This document shows positions 21,769 to 33,910 of a DNA stretch of 64,000 nt, piece by piece. The stretch covers positions 62,001-126,000 of the forward strand of contig NW_026928915.1 of the NCBI RefSeq assembly GCF_032062105.1, given 5' to 3'. The translations under genes and the position numbers were made by a program. Source of the DNA: Saccostrea cucullata. Lineage: Eukaryota. The notes beneath the pieces are model-generated. The model was not told the DNA's origin. It did not search any database and saw only the letters and a program-made list of their open reading frames with translations. Numbering within the stretch: position 1 is the first letter of the stretch; every line of letters begins with the position of its first letter.

Positions 21769-23445
21769 ATGTTTTTCAAGCTTTTTATACTGTGTTTATT
21801 AGTAACAGTTGCCCACTTCCACTCACATTATAAGGAACTCATTTTGAACGGGGACCGAATCCCACACCCGTGCTGCCCCGGGCGCACCTGGAGCCGGGTA
21901 GGACACACCGCACCGTCATCTACTGCTCTCAACAACTTTGGAAGAGTGAGTACTATTTTTAATCTGGTCGACCCAATAAGATTTTTATCTTAGAAAGTTT
22001 TCTTTTTTATCCTTTGAAAATATTTTAAATATAGTAACTTAAAAATATCATTGGGTTAATGAATTATATTAACTTTTTATTAAAAAAAACAACAACAACA
22101 ACATAGTAGTATGTGTAAGTATTTTTATCCTCAACAGAAAGACTTTCATTGAATATATTATAAATACTGTATCCTCCGTCTTTGGCTAAAAAATGAAAAA
22201 TAAATTAAATAAAATAAATGTTTCAAAAATAAGTTCTTTAATTTCAAGAAATGAGAAATTGTCATGTACCTTAATTACAGCATTTTCAAAGAAGTCGTCA
22301 CTTGTTTACAAAGGAGTTATGCTTAGCTGATTCTGACGGCGATGGTGTTAGTAACGGAATAGAACTGGGACTGAACACCACGCTATACGACCTGCCAACA
22401 CTCTGTCATTTCATTGACTCTTCTCACATGGCAAGGAAATTCAAGGAAGTGGTCCATTTTCTGAAGATGAGCAAATTGCTGACAAACCCAACTGGACATC
22501 CAGGTAAAAAAAATTGATTCAGAAAATATTATCTAAATGAAAAACTTGAAAGATAAAGATCATATCACACACCGGGAGCTTTATACTAGTTATATTGACA
22601 TTTCGTAGTCAAGTTTTAACTTAAAAAGAAACAAAGGCCTAACACAATTAGTATGAAACAAGTCAGCCAAATTAAGGTCATATTTTTTTGCAAACTTTTT
22701 GTCAAAAATTTTGAAAATAACAACTTAGGTCATGTTATTCTAGAAATTTGTTATTTGCATCATGCAATGAAATTAGGTAAAAAAAATATATACCAATATC
22801 CAGGCATCCATTTTTTGTTTGTATCATCTGTCCTTAAGAAGCAATAAAGGGTTACATTTGCTAATTTATATAAGGCTGACATTGTTGATTTTAAACACCT
22901 GTTACATCAACTTGTTTGTCAATGGCCTGCCTCAGTTCAAAAATTGGCAGTACTTGGGGCATGCCCTTGATTATCGAATAAAAGCCATATACAGGTGATA
23001 GCAAGATATTACTACATGAAAAAGGGAAGTTGAGAGTCTTCTCATTTATCATACAATTTAGTTGTCAGTTGGCCTTTTTGCCTAAGTAAAATGAGTTTTA
23101 AGGTTTCTGAACTCGCATTTTTATATTTATATATTCTCAATTCATGGAAAACAATATACAACCACAAATTAAACTCCCTCGAAAAAGCTCGAACATTCCT
23201 ACATTTGAATGGTCACTGATATTTAGGAAAGTCTTCCCTGCTAACTAAGTGGGAGGGAAATTGTGTTTTGACATCGGACTGTTTAATAAAAAATGAATAT
23301 AAAGCGTATAGAAAGCATTATTGATAGCATCTTGAATTAATATTTTCAGACTGATTTTTGGTTACAATATATGTTTTAATATTTTTCAGGTTTTTGCGAC
23401 CAAAACACTGGTATGTGTCGACCCAACTTTCCATGTGACTGTTAG
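21769..23445 (+). CDS. Secreted temptin-like protein, 3 exons, 151 aa
   Basis: Exons 21769-21945, 22281-22503, 23390-23445. Signal peptide followed by the temptin signature ILNGDRIPHPC, VGH, LNNFG, LCLADSDGDGVSNGIELG, HPG. AATAAA lies just downstream. Confidence 0.85.
22885..23075 (-). mobile_element. Decayed Penelope-like RT fragment in temptin intron 2
   Basis: Minus strand reads GQLTTKLYDK...NFPF..SNI..SPVYG with stops and frameshifts. Confidence 0.6.
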
Positions 23446-24949
23446 TTTGTGGGAAATAAAAACTGCAACATGGACATTACAAATGTATACTGTTCTTATT
23501 TTTAATTTATCATTATTTATGTTGTATATGTGAATAAATTATGATGAAGTGGAATGAATTGGGTTTAACAAATAAATGATGCAAAATTACTTATGATTGA
23601 TGTTGTCTTTTTATAGAATATGCAATTATAACGCAGATTTCTACTGATTGATTGATATATTGTCAGTATTGTCATGATTAATGCCTTTTTAAAATTCTAT
23701 GTTACACCATTAAAACTTTACTCACATAAATGGAAAATTTTAAACAAGAGGAACACGTTCCGTAACAAGCACCTGAATATAAAACACAGGCCCATAGGAG
23801 GGGGGGGGGGCAGCCATACAAAGTATAAAAAAGGTTACCAGACGTTTTTATCAAGGGGGCACGAACATATTATAGTAGCTATGTTTTTTATAGAACATAA
23901 TATGTTGGCAAAATAAGGGGGGGGCGCCGTTCCCCTGGTTCCTAAGACCATGATACATCCTGTAAAGGGATCCATATTTTGGTAAATAATTATACAAGTA
24001 CACAAATGAACTGAAAGAAAAAAAAGATTAAAACAAAGAATCACCAAAACCCAGGATGGACTCAGAAAATTATCTAGATTTAGACAGTCTTATTCGCTTC
24101 GTAACTATGCACTTAGTTTAGGTTTTTAAAACAAAGAATTATCGCGTGCTTTTCACTACATGATCTTTAGAGCCCAACTTTAGAATCCTTGACCAAAATG
24201 CCATGAATTTTACTATTATTGAGAAGTCTAGCACTTAGCTTGTATTATAGAAAATCGATCCAGATTTTATAAATAAGAATTGATACATTTTGATATATGT
24301 CTCAACTGAACGCACCTTACCACGTGCCAGAATCTCTGATCAGAGAACCATGAATATAAAAATTCAGGAAAAGGTACTCTTTCTTACCATTCGTATAATT
24401 AACTTGTGTGTTAAATTTATTAGGGATGGGGGGGGGATTGTTTGAAGAATTTAATAATTTTCACTGTATGATCTATATAGAGAGTCTTTTAGAGACCCAA
24501 CCTGGATTTTGCAATTGTTGGTTTAACAATGTTTTCTTGTATTCAGTGTTTTAATACAAAGTCGTAAGTCGTAGACACATTTTAAAAATAAGTGTTTTTC
24601 AAAGGATACGTAATGGAATGGGTTATCTAATGACCGATCTTTGCGTTTTCCCGAATTTACTTTGCTCTGGTTTCCCTTTGGTTTAATTTAATATTTTTTA
24701 AGTTTAAAAAGGATTATGCATTTTAAGGTATTCGAGATATGGTTAAGTTAACCTTAAGTTTAGATGCTCTTCGATTTTCATATTTTACTCAATTATTTAC
24801 ATCGAAAAAGGCCTGTTCAAACAAAACTTGGGTATCGACATTGTAACATAATGGAATATTGTTCTTATTTTGACCTTCTTCTTTTGTTCATTTCAATACA
24901 TGTTTTAGGGAAAAAACAACAAAAAATTAAGATCGCGGAACATTAACTG

Positions 24950-25775
24950 GCAAGATTGGAAATATGCAGCAGCTTATGTCATTTCTATCCTGTCAAAACA
25001 TTTGATGATAGACAATGAAATGGGCGGGTACAATGCGACGCGGACAGCCGAGAAAACATTGGATTGAAATTCTAGTTTGAAATTTATTTTCAATTAACCT
25101 GAGCTGTGTTCAAAAGCAATATTTGAATGTATGTGCTTCAAAAGACAAATATTTCAATTCCCAAATACATGTTGGTTGAAATTTATGTTGATATCCGTTT
25201 ATAACCTACAAAATACTGGTAAAAATCATAGAAGACGTATATATTTTTTTCAGGTGACTGCCATTTGATTCTAGAAAGCGGGGGGGGGGGGGCAAAAATT
25301 GTTGAGTAATATCATGCCATATATTTATTTTTAGGATGACAGGAGAGTTTTTTTAGCTTTGTCTTCACTGAAAAATGGTAAAAGTTTCTTATTTATTTCC
25401 AAGATCGTTAAGCCCCCCCCCCCCTTCCTCCCCAAATGAACACATACATATACCAAACAGAAATCAAATATTTGTCCTTTTATATATTTCTTTAAAACAC
25501 TGGACAGAAAATTATGATTTTATTATATATTATATTTAAATTATACCAAAATTGAAATTATTTGTCTTCTGGGTCAATCAGTAATAAAGTGCTCTTGACC
25601 TAGCGTAGCTGAGGTGGATTGAAAATGAATTTCAAACTAGAATTTCAATCCAATGTTTTCTCGGCCGTCCGCGTCGAATTGTACCCGCCAATTTCGTTCT
25701 CTATCATTAATTTTTAATTGTAACAGATAGAAATGACGTAAGCAGTTAGCTGCATATAATTATTTCCAATCTTGC
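24950..25775. repeat. Long inverted repeat / foldback element (~155-170 bp arms)
   Basis: 24950-25105 is the imperfect reverse complement of 25605-25775; for example gccgagaaaacattggattgaaattctagtttgaaatt pairs with aatttcaaactagaatttcaatccaatgttttctcggc. Confidence 0.85.
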
Positions 25776-26302
25776 GGTCTTTTAGTCATTTGTAATTGTT
25801 TTACGATCCGAATCATTTTGCGGAAATATTATTTCCGATCAAACGAAACTTAGTACTTATCGACGAAACATTCATTTCCTGTCTGTATTCTGCCAACCAT
25901 TCCATTATTTTTCTTTCCCTTTTGGACTCTGTGCACAGTTCCTCGTCTTTATCAGGGTAAATTTTTAATTAATAAATAAAAAATAGATTTGGAGAAAAAC
26001 CTTCAAGAATGATCCCTTAATTGCTATCTTCCTTGCTGCTTCAAATATTACATTAGTAACCCTTTACTCTCTAAAATCGTAGAAGGAAGTTGCATTAGAA
26101 TATGAAATATATATGTTTTAAAGGGGCGTTGGTACTGGTTTGGAGTGAATATTAGTTTATATAAGTGTAAATTTCCTTCATGAAAAATATAAAGATTATA
26201 ATCCAAAAAAATCAGAGTAAAAATTGTGAGAAAGGAAAATTGACTCACAGCATTTTCAGTTCATTCTAAGTGATTTGTGAAGAGTAAACAAACTGAACAG
26301 TA

Positions 26303-29300
26303 AAGGGTGCAAAACACAGTTTTATGTATGACGTTATCAGGACGTTACTTGGTGAGGGACAAGCAAAACTGACCCCTATAAAAAAATAAAATGGAGGCTT
26401 GTTACATAGACTTCTGCATATCAATGGAAAGATAAAATTGTGAATTTTGTAAATATCCAACTATAATACATTCATCAATTACTACTAGGGGGTATTTGAC
26501 ACCTGAAATATGGGGGATATTGGGTTGTTTATGCATCCATTTTCAGTGCACCTATGCATTTTTAACCCCCCTGCTCAACAAAAACAGAAAAAAACAGACA
26601 AAAAAAGTTGTATGCATTTCACAGAACAAGTTAAGGTTTTCTTTTAGTGTGCTTTCAGGGTACATTTTCCACCTCATGAAAGAGCTACATTACCTGCTAA
26701 TTGACTCATGCAATTCTGCACATGTGAAAACCGGAGGCTCCCCTTATTAAAAAGTCTCATAATTTTTTTTTTCTAAAAATGAATGCACATTTTTTTCTTT
26801 AAATATTAAGATAAGATTCTACTTTATGTGAATGAAAACAAAAATGATGCAGTTTTCATCTAGACTCCTATAAATAGCAGGAAAATCCCTACCCAGCATG
26901 CTTCTCTCTGGGAAAAACCCCCTGGATTTTATACGAAACTGTGTTTAGCTACCTTAAAGGAAATAATTTTTTCTTGCAATTCACTTTTTTGTATTGGTGC
27001 AAAGAGGACAGAATTCCAAACATTTTGGTGCATAAATTGTTGAATTTGGTCCAGAAATGGGCAAGTAATTGTAAATTTAGTATTACATGTCTACGACATT
27101 GCATAAAACAGGACTTCGAAGAGAAATTCAAACCTAACCGAATCAGCTCACACAATAATTTTATTTTTCTTCAATTTAAAAAACACAAAGTATGAAATAT
27201 ACAGTATTTGAATATCAATAAAATGTTACATTATAAATTTTTTGAAAAGCTGCCAAACAATTTTTTACAGATATTGCTAGTTTCTGTATAAACAAGGGGA
27301 GGGGGGGGTCTAATTGGAAATAGTCACTGTCTTAAATCAGAAGATTGCCTCAAAAATCTGGACAGTGTCACCCTAACTACATACTCAATAGTTCTATGTC
27401 ACATGTATATCTATACAGAAGATACATATTCTCATTTGCGATCAATTAAATTGAAGGTCATGACCTTGCGAAGCTTCCATTTTTGACATGACGTCACACT
27501 TTGATGTCACAATGCAGTTGCGTCATAATGTGAAATAACAACTTTTGAATCCTTATCATATGTATAAATTCTATGGAACATGTATCTAATAGGCATTATG
27601 CCTTACACAGTGTCAACTTGAGATTATATTGTATGGTTAACTACATAAATTAAAACAAATAAAGCAATTTTCTATGAACTTACATGCAAATAAATGTGGG
27701 AAATGTCATCAAATGCTACTCCAAGGGTGCAAAACACAGTTTTATGTATGTTATCACGTTACTTGGTGAGGGACAATCAAAACTGACCCCTATAAAAAAA
27801 TAAAATGGAGGCTTGTTACATAGACTTCTGCATATCAATGGAAAGATAAAATTGTGAATTTTGTAAATATCCAACTATAATACATTCATCAATTACTACT
27901 AGGGGGTATTTGACACCTGAAATATGGGGGATATTGGGTTGTTTATGCATCCATTTTCAGTGCACCTATGCATTTTTAACCCCCCTGCTCAACAAAAACA
28001 GAAAAAATCAGACAAAATAAGTTGTATGCATTTCACAGAACAATTAAGGTTTTCTTTTAGTGTGCTTTAGGGTACATTTTCCACCTCATGAAAGAGCTAC
28101 ATTACCTGCTAATTGCTCATGCAATTCTGCACATGTGAAAACCGGATTGAGTTATCTCCCCTTATTAAAAAGTCTCATAATTTTTTTTTCTAAAAATGAA
28201 TGCACATTTTTTTCTTTAAATATTAAGATAAGATTCTACTTTATGTGAATGAAAACAAAAATATATATCTAGTTATTAATGCTTCTCTAGGGAAAATCCC
28301 TACCCAGCATGCTTCTCTCTTGGATTTTATACGAAACTGTGTTTAGCTTTAAAGGAAATAATTTTTTCTTGCAATTCACTTTTTTGTATTTAGGTATTCC
28401 AAACATTTTGGTGCATAAATTGTTGAATTTTTGGGCAAGTAATTGTAAATTTAGTATTACATGTCTACGACATTACAGGATGAAATTCAAACCTAACCGA
28501 ATCAGCTCACACAATAATTTTATTTTTCTTCTAAAAAACACAAAGTATGAAATATACAGTATTTGAATACATAAAATGTTACATTAAAATTTTTTGAAAA
28601 GCTGCCAAACAATTTTTTACAGATATTGCTAGTTTCTGTATAAACAAGGGGAGGGGGGGGTCTAATGGAAATAGTCACTGTCTTAAATCAGAAATTGCCT
28701 CAAAAATCTGGACATACCCTAATACATACTTAGTTCTATGTCACACACAAAGATACATATTCTCATTTGCGATCAATTTTGAAGGTCATGACCTTAAGCT
28801 TCCATTTTTGAATGACGTCAACTTTGATGTCACAATGCAGTTTCATAATGTGAAATAAAAATATCCTTAAATGTATAAATTCAGAACATGTATCTAATAG
28901 GCATTATGCCTTACACAGTGTCAACTTGAGATTATATTGTATGGTTAACTACATAAATTAAAACAAATAAAGCAATTTTCTATGAACTTACATGCAAATA
29001 AATGTGGGAAATGTCATCAAATGCTACTCCAAGGGTGCAAAACACAGTTTTATGTATGACGTTATCAGGACGTTACTTGGTGAGGGACAAGCAAAACTGA
29101 CCCCTATAAAAAAATAAAATGGAGGCTTGTTACATAGACTTCTGCATATCAATGGAGATAAAATTGTGAATTTTGTAAATATCCAACTATAAAATGTCAA
29201 TTACTACTAGGGGGTATTTGACACCTGAAATATGGGGGAAAGCATCCATTTTCAGTGCACCTATGTTTAGAAAAAACAGACAAAATAAGTTGTATGCATT

Positions 29301-29430
29301 TCACAGAACAATTAAGGTTTTCTTTTAGTGTGTGATGTAATAAAGAATGCAATTTGCTGTCATGTTTTGAGTTATCTCCCCTTATTAAAAATCAATTTTT
29401 TTTTTCTAAAAATTCATTTTTTTCTTTAAA
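26303..29430. repeat. Tandem ~1.4-kb duplication, about 2.3 copies
   Basis: Units start aagggtgcaaaacacagtttt at 26303, 27723 and 29031. Later copies carry many small deletions. Confidence 0.9.
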
Positions 29431-29725
29431 CTAAGAAGTTCTTTTTTAATAAACATAAAAAATTAAAATCTAAACAATGCATCTACCAAAATGTCATGAA
29501 CAATAACAAAGCTTCTGCTTTAAATGTGATGTAATAAAGAATATTGCTCTCAGGTCAAGCATTAAACTGAAGACATAAAAAATTAAAATTTTATTGCTTT
29601 AAATGACTGCAAAAATTACCAAAAATCCATTCTTATGGAAATTATACCATAGTCTTCAAACTTGTTTACATTGTAATAGTTTCTTTTTGTCACTTTAAAG
29701 ACAGGTGTGCTAGATCAGAACAACT

Positions 29726-32700
29726 ATGGAGGCTGAGGAGGAAGACTTTCCAAGAACAATAATATTGGGCAACCCAGAAAAGAACAGCAAAATCAAAGTA
29801 CAGTGGGCAGATGATTCCTTCAGGGTTGGATCAGGCTTTGGGGTACAATCCAACACCAAACTTGTTTCACTTCTGGATAAACAAAGATCATCAATTGAGG
29901 AACCCCCTGTTAAACAGTTCTCTCTTGTTGACAAACAGAATACAGAGGACAAAAACTCAATTGAAAATTCTACAAAGACACATGAATTAGCTACAAATAA
30001 ATACTATGATGACATGTTAAATGTGATACCAAATCAAACTTCAAAATCAGAAAATTTAGAAATGGAACATCCAGCTCAAAATGAGGATGTGAAACCAGTA
30101 ATCCAAAGCATTGAGTGTAGAAATTTAAATGAAAATGACAAACATCTGGAAAGTAAAGCAGAAGGTGATGTATGTAATAGCCTGCAAATTCACAGAACAT
30201 CAAATCAATCTGCAGAGAGAGATGATAGCACAGAAACTTATTCTTCTGATAAAAGTGAAAGCAAACTTACTGAAGGCAAAACCCAATGTTGGGTTTCGAT
30301 TCTTCAGAAACCCAGTAGTACTGTTTTGCCAGGAAACTTATCAACATCTACATCAAATGCAACTTCCAATCCAGAAGCCACTTTAAATGAAAAAGGTGCT
30401 TCATTTATTATGAATAGTGATACCAAAGTTCTGGAAAAGTTAGGCAAAACCAAAGCATGGACATCAATTCTCAAGAAACCCACCAATTCATCTTTGGTAG
30501 CAAACTCACTGACATCTACATCAAATGATACATGTAATCCAGCTGCCACTGTAAATAAAAAAGACCAAACATTACCGGCATTAAGCATTGATGAGAACCT
30601 TGCTTCACTAGTGAGTTTGACGGATGAATGTCACAATAAACTTTTTCCTTTGCAGAAGAAACAAATAGAAGCATGCATTCCAAATACGCCAAAAGTTGAT
30701 TCCTCAGTGAAGTGCATTGTTTCAATGGCCTCTGCAACAGAGAAAAAACTGGCAGAAGAGAAGAAGGTGTATTCTGTTTCTCTGTTGAATCAGACTTCTT
30801 CATTCAACAAAAGCCACTCTGCTTTCCAGGAAAATTTTAAACAAGCGAATGATTCTGCAGAAAAACAAAGTATTTCAAAGCACGGGGCATCCCATAAGAC
30901 ATTAGTTTCTTTATTAAATGGGAAGACATTTCCTATGTCTGTTCCATTGAAGAATGTACAAGAAGGATATAGCATAACTTCTGAAATGCATGTAAAATCT
31001 CCAACAAATGATTTTTATAGCCTTACAAAAAGAAAGTCTGAGCAGATTGACACCTCTTTGGATGAAGCATTTGGGAAAGAATGCAGTCCATCTGAAGCTA
31101 TTAAAAGAAGGAAAACTGACAAACAACATGCCTCAAAATCTGATGACGGAGAGTCTTTCGATGTTTTCATTGATCCAAACTTTGACACTGCGCACGAAAA
31201 TGAAGAAACAAGTTATAATAATGAGGTCAAAAAAGAATTTCATGATTCAGATTTCCATACATTTGATTCTGACACTAGTAGACTAGATACTGAGAATAAT
31301 AGTGGGAGTGAGGCAACAACAAGCTTGTTTATCAAGCAGGAAACCCTTGATCCTGAATATGGTGATGAACCATTGGTTTCTACTGAAAATGTCAACAATC
31401 CAGTATCTACCATTTCAACAATGAATATTCGAATAAAAGAGGAGGCTTCTAGTGAGGATGGACACTTGTTCAATAAAAATGGTTGTGATGCTGAAGATTC
31501 AGAAGACAGAAATATTTCCTTTGTTAAACAGGAAGTGTTTGACCCAGAATATGAAGACATGCCCCCTGATCTGTCAATGAATGCTCCCTCAATGTCACAA
31601 GAATCAACTGACTTTGAAAACGAAGACATACCTCCTGTTTTATCACCTAAAAAGGAAGCAGACGATTCGGAATTTGAAGAGTGGAATGAAGATTGTGAGG
31701 ATTCTCCACCAGTTTTACAGAAAGAAGACAATCTTTCCAAAGAAGATACTACACTGAAAATTCCAAAAAGAATCACCAAAAATAAATTACGCAAGCAAGT
31801 AAGGAGTCGTGATAAAAATTTGATAAATGACAAATTTATGTGTCCCATATGTAAGGCTGTATTTGAGAAGATAGAGGACTTTGATGTTCATAAAGCTTTA
31901 CATTCTGGGCAGCAGATATTGTCTGACAAACAGTGTCCGGAAAAATTTGTCATAAAGCCTTTGACTATCAGGCAGGATGGAAATAGAAAATTCAAATGTG
32001 AATATTGTGGAAAGGCTTTTAATCGCCCATCGAATCTGAAAGAGCACACTCGAATCCACACTGGCATGTACCCTCACAGATGTCAGTTATGTGACAAGGG
32101 GTTCCATACTAGGTCTAGATTTCTGGCTCACATGGCGCGTCATGATGAGATAAAAGAAACAAAAGAGGCACAGGACATAGTTCTTAAATATACAAAGGAT
32201 GACCCAACCAATGAAGAAATGGAGATTCAGGAATTTTCAGATATGAAGTTAAGGAAATATGTGTGCAACATTTGTAATGAAATCTTTGATAAAGTAACAC
32301 TGTACAGAATCCATCGCCTAAAACACAGAGGAGAAATTCCACATACTTGTAATTCTTGTGGTAAAGCTTTCCCATGCAAGTCTGACCTTGTACGACATGA
32401 AGCCACACATTCTGATGAGAGACCCTACAAGTGTCATATCTGCTTCAAGTCCTTCAAAAGACGCAATGCATTGGTAGATCACTTAACAATCCACAAAAGA
32501 GAAGAGAGCAATGAATCTGGAGAAAAAGACTCTGTTGACAGCATCATGAAAACTTTGGAACCCTCCATAGAAAGCATCGTTCAGAGCTTGGAGCCAAATT
32601 CAAGCTCACCAGGGAAAAGTGTCACAGAAACTGAAAAAGAATTTGAAAATTTCAAGGAAATGGAAAGACCCATTTACACAGATGATGGACAAAAAATAAT

Positions 32701-33148
32701 CAACAGTAAATTCTACTGCAAGGAGTGCAAGATTTCATTCAGTGCCAGACGAGAATATTCCATGCACAGGTTTCAGCATAATGGTGGACATCCTCATGTA
32801 TGTGAGGTCTGCAACAAAGTTTATCCATATAAATCCGATTACGATCGCCATGTGGCAACTCATTTGGGGAGGAAACCTTACGTTTGTCACTTGTGCAGCT
32901 GTGAATTCTCCAGGAAACACTACCTCCAAAAACATCTTCTGAAGCACAAAAACACTCGCATCAGTCTGGGTGGGATGTCCAAGCCTGGCAATGACTTTCA
33001 GATAGAAATTGATAATCCAGAAAAATCTGCTAGTGAAGTAAGTGATTGTGAGGATAATGGTGATGTTGATCTAAGAACCACTGCAGGAAAACTGGAGACA
33101 AGTTATGATGAAGATGGTGCTATGTTCTTGTTTGTAACTGATGATTAA
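29726..33148 (+). CDS. C2H2 zinc-finger transcription factor (9 fingers), 1140-aa single coding exon
   Basis: Nine CxxC-x12-HxxxH fingers in the C-terminal ~440 aa with TGEKP-like linkers; long acidic disordered N-terminus. Candidate acceptor at 29699-29700 suggests an upstream non-coding exon. Confidence 0.93.
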   Translation: MEAEEEDFPRTIILGNPEKNSKIKVQWADDSFRVGSGFGVQSNTKLVSLLDKQRSSIEEPPVKQFSLVDKQNTEDKNSIENSTKTHELATNKYYDDMLNVIPNQTSKSENLEMEHPAQNEDVKPVIQSIECRNLNENDKHLESKAEGDVCNSLQIHRTSNQSAERDDSTETYSSDKSESKLTEGKTQCWVSILQKPSSTVLPGNLSTSTSNATSNPEATLNEKGASFIMNSDTKVLEKLGKTKAWTSILKKPTNSSLVANSLTSTSNDTCNPAATVNKKDQTLPALSIDENLASLVSLTDECHNKLFPLQKKQIEACIPNTPKVDSSVKCIVSMASATEKKLAEEKKVYSVSLLNQTSSFNKSHSAFQENFKQANDSAEKQSISKHGASHKTLVSLLNGKTFPMSVPLKNVQEGYSITSEMHVKSPTNDFYSLTKRKSEQIDTSLDEAFGKECSPSEAIKRRKTDKQHASKSDDGESFDVFIDPNFDTAHENEETSYNNEVKKEFHDSDFHTFDSDTSRLDTENNSGSEATTSLFIKQETLDPEYGDEPLVSTENVNNPVSTISTMNIRIKEEASSEDGHLFNKNGCDAEDSEDRNISFVKQEVFDPEYEDMPPDLSMNAPSMSQESTDFENEDIPPVLSPKKEADDSEFEEWNEDCEDSPPVLQKEDNLSKEDTTLKIPKRITKNKLRKQVRSRDKNLINDKFMCPICKAVFEKIEDFDVHKALHSGQQILSDKQCPEKFVIKPLTIRQDGNRKFKCEYCGKAFNRPSNLKEHTRIHTGMYPHRCQLCDKGFHTRSRFLAHMARHDEIKETKEAQDIVLKYTKDDPTNEEMEIQEFSDMKLRKYVCNICNEIFDKVTLYRIHRLKHRGEIPHTCNSCGKAFPCKSDLVRHEATHSDERPYKCHICFKSFKRRNALVDHLTIHKREESNESGEKDSVDSIMKTLEPSIESIVQSLEPNSSSPGKSVTETEKEFENFKEMERPIYTDDGQKIINSKFYCKECKISFSARREYSMHRFQHNGGHPHVCEVCNKVYPYKSDYDRHVATHLGRKPYVCHLCSCEFSRKHYLQKHLLKHKNTRISLGGMSKPGNDFQIEIDNPEKSASEVSDCEDNGDVDLRTTAGKLETSYDEDGAMFLFVTDD

Positions 33149-33847
33149 TTCCATTTACTGGTTACTGATAAATTATTCAATTATTTATCTGGATATTTTT
33201 TTATTGTGCCTCTTTGAAATGTCTTTTCATAATATTTGAGGCATAAACTTTTTTTTGAAAAATAATTTTATTATTCGGACAAGGTGTATGATTGTTGATT
33301 TTAATAAGAATTTTGATTATTTCTCATCATAGGGATATCTTTATTCAGCACCCTTGATCCTTGCTTTTAGAACTGAGTCCTAGTTTGATGAAATATTGTA
33401 TTATGTACATGTTAGCCAAACATTTGAGGGTGATCATTTTCTACCATTTAATGAAGCTAACACTTTAGTTACTTGTATGCAGCATACAAATTATGTATAA
33501 CAATAATTTGTTGTTTTAAAATATTTATAAGATCATTGGATCTAAGATTTTCTGAAGAGAAAGAAATAATGAAAAGCTCAGAAAGAAATAATGAAAAGCT
33601 CAAAGTAAAAGATTGCATTTAAAATTTTATCTGTCATTGATTAAAATGAATGTAGATTGATATATAATTTATTTGTAATATATAAACATTCAAACTATGT
33701 CTGAAAATTATCCAGGTATATTTGAATTTTAAATACTTGTGTCAATCTAATGTCTTAATTTTATTTAATTAAAAGGAGGAAAACAAAATGTGTTACTAAT
33801 TTATCTGCTTGCCCTCTTAACATTGATAGTTTGGGCTGTGGATATCA

Positions 33848-33910
33848 GCCTGGGTAGCTCATAGGTAGAGCATCTGACTAGTGATTTAGGGGTCCTGGGT
33901 TCGATTCTCG
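33848..33910 (+). pseudogene. tRNA-derived SINE head or tRNA pseudogene
   Basis: A box TAGCTCATAGGTAGAGC and B box GGTTCGATTC are present; the 3' acceptor strand is missing. Confidence 0.6.

Noticed and set aside
29710-32947. Antisense and alternative-frame ORFs over the zinc-finger gene (and similar ones over gag, pol, VWA and cactin)
   Set aside because: Shadow ORFs of real coding sequence.
33848-33910. Functional tRNA gene
   Set aside because: No 3' acceptor stem or terminator; treated as a SINE head or pseudogene.
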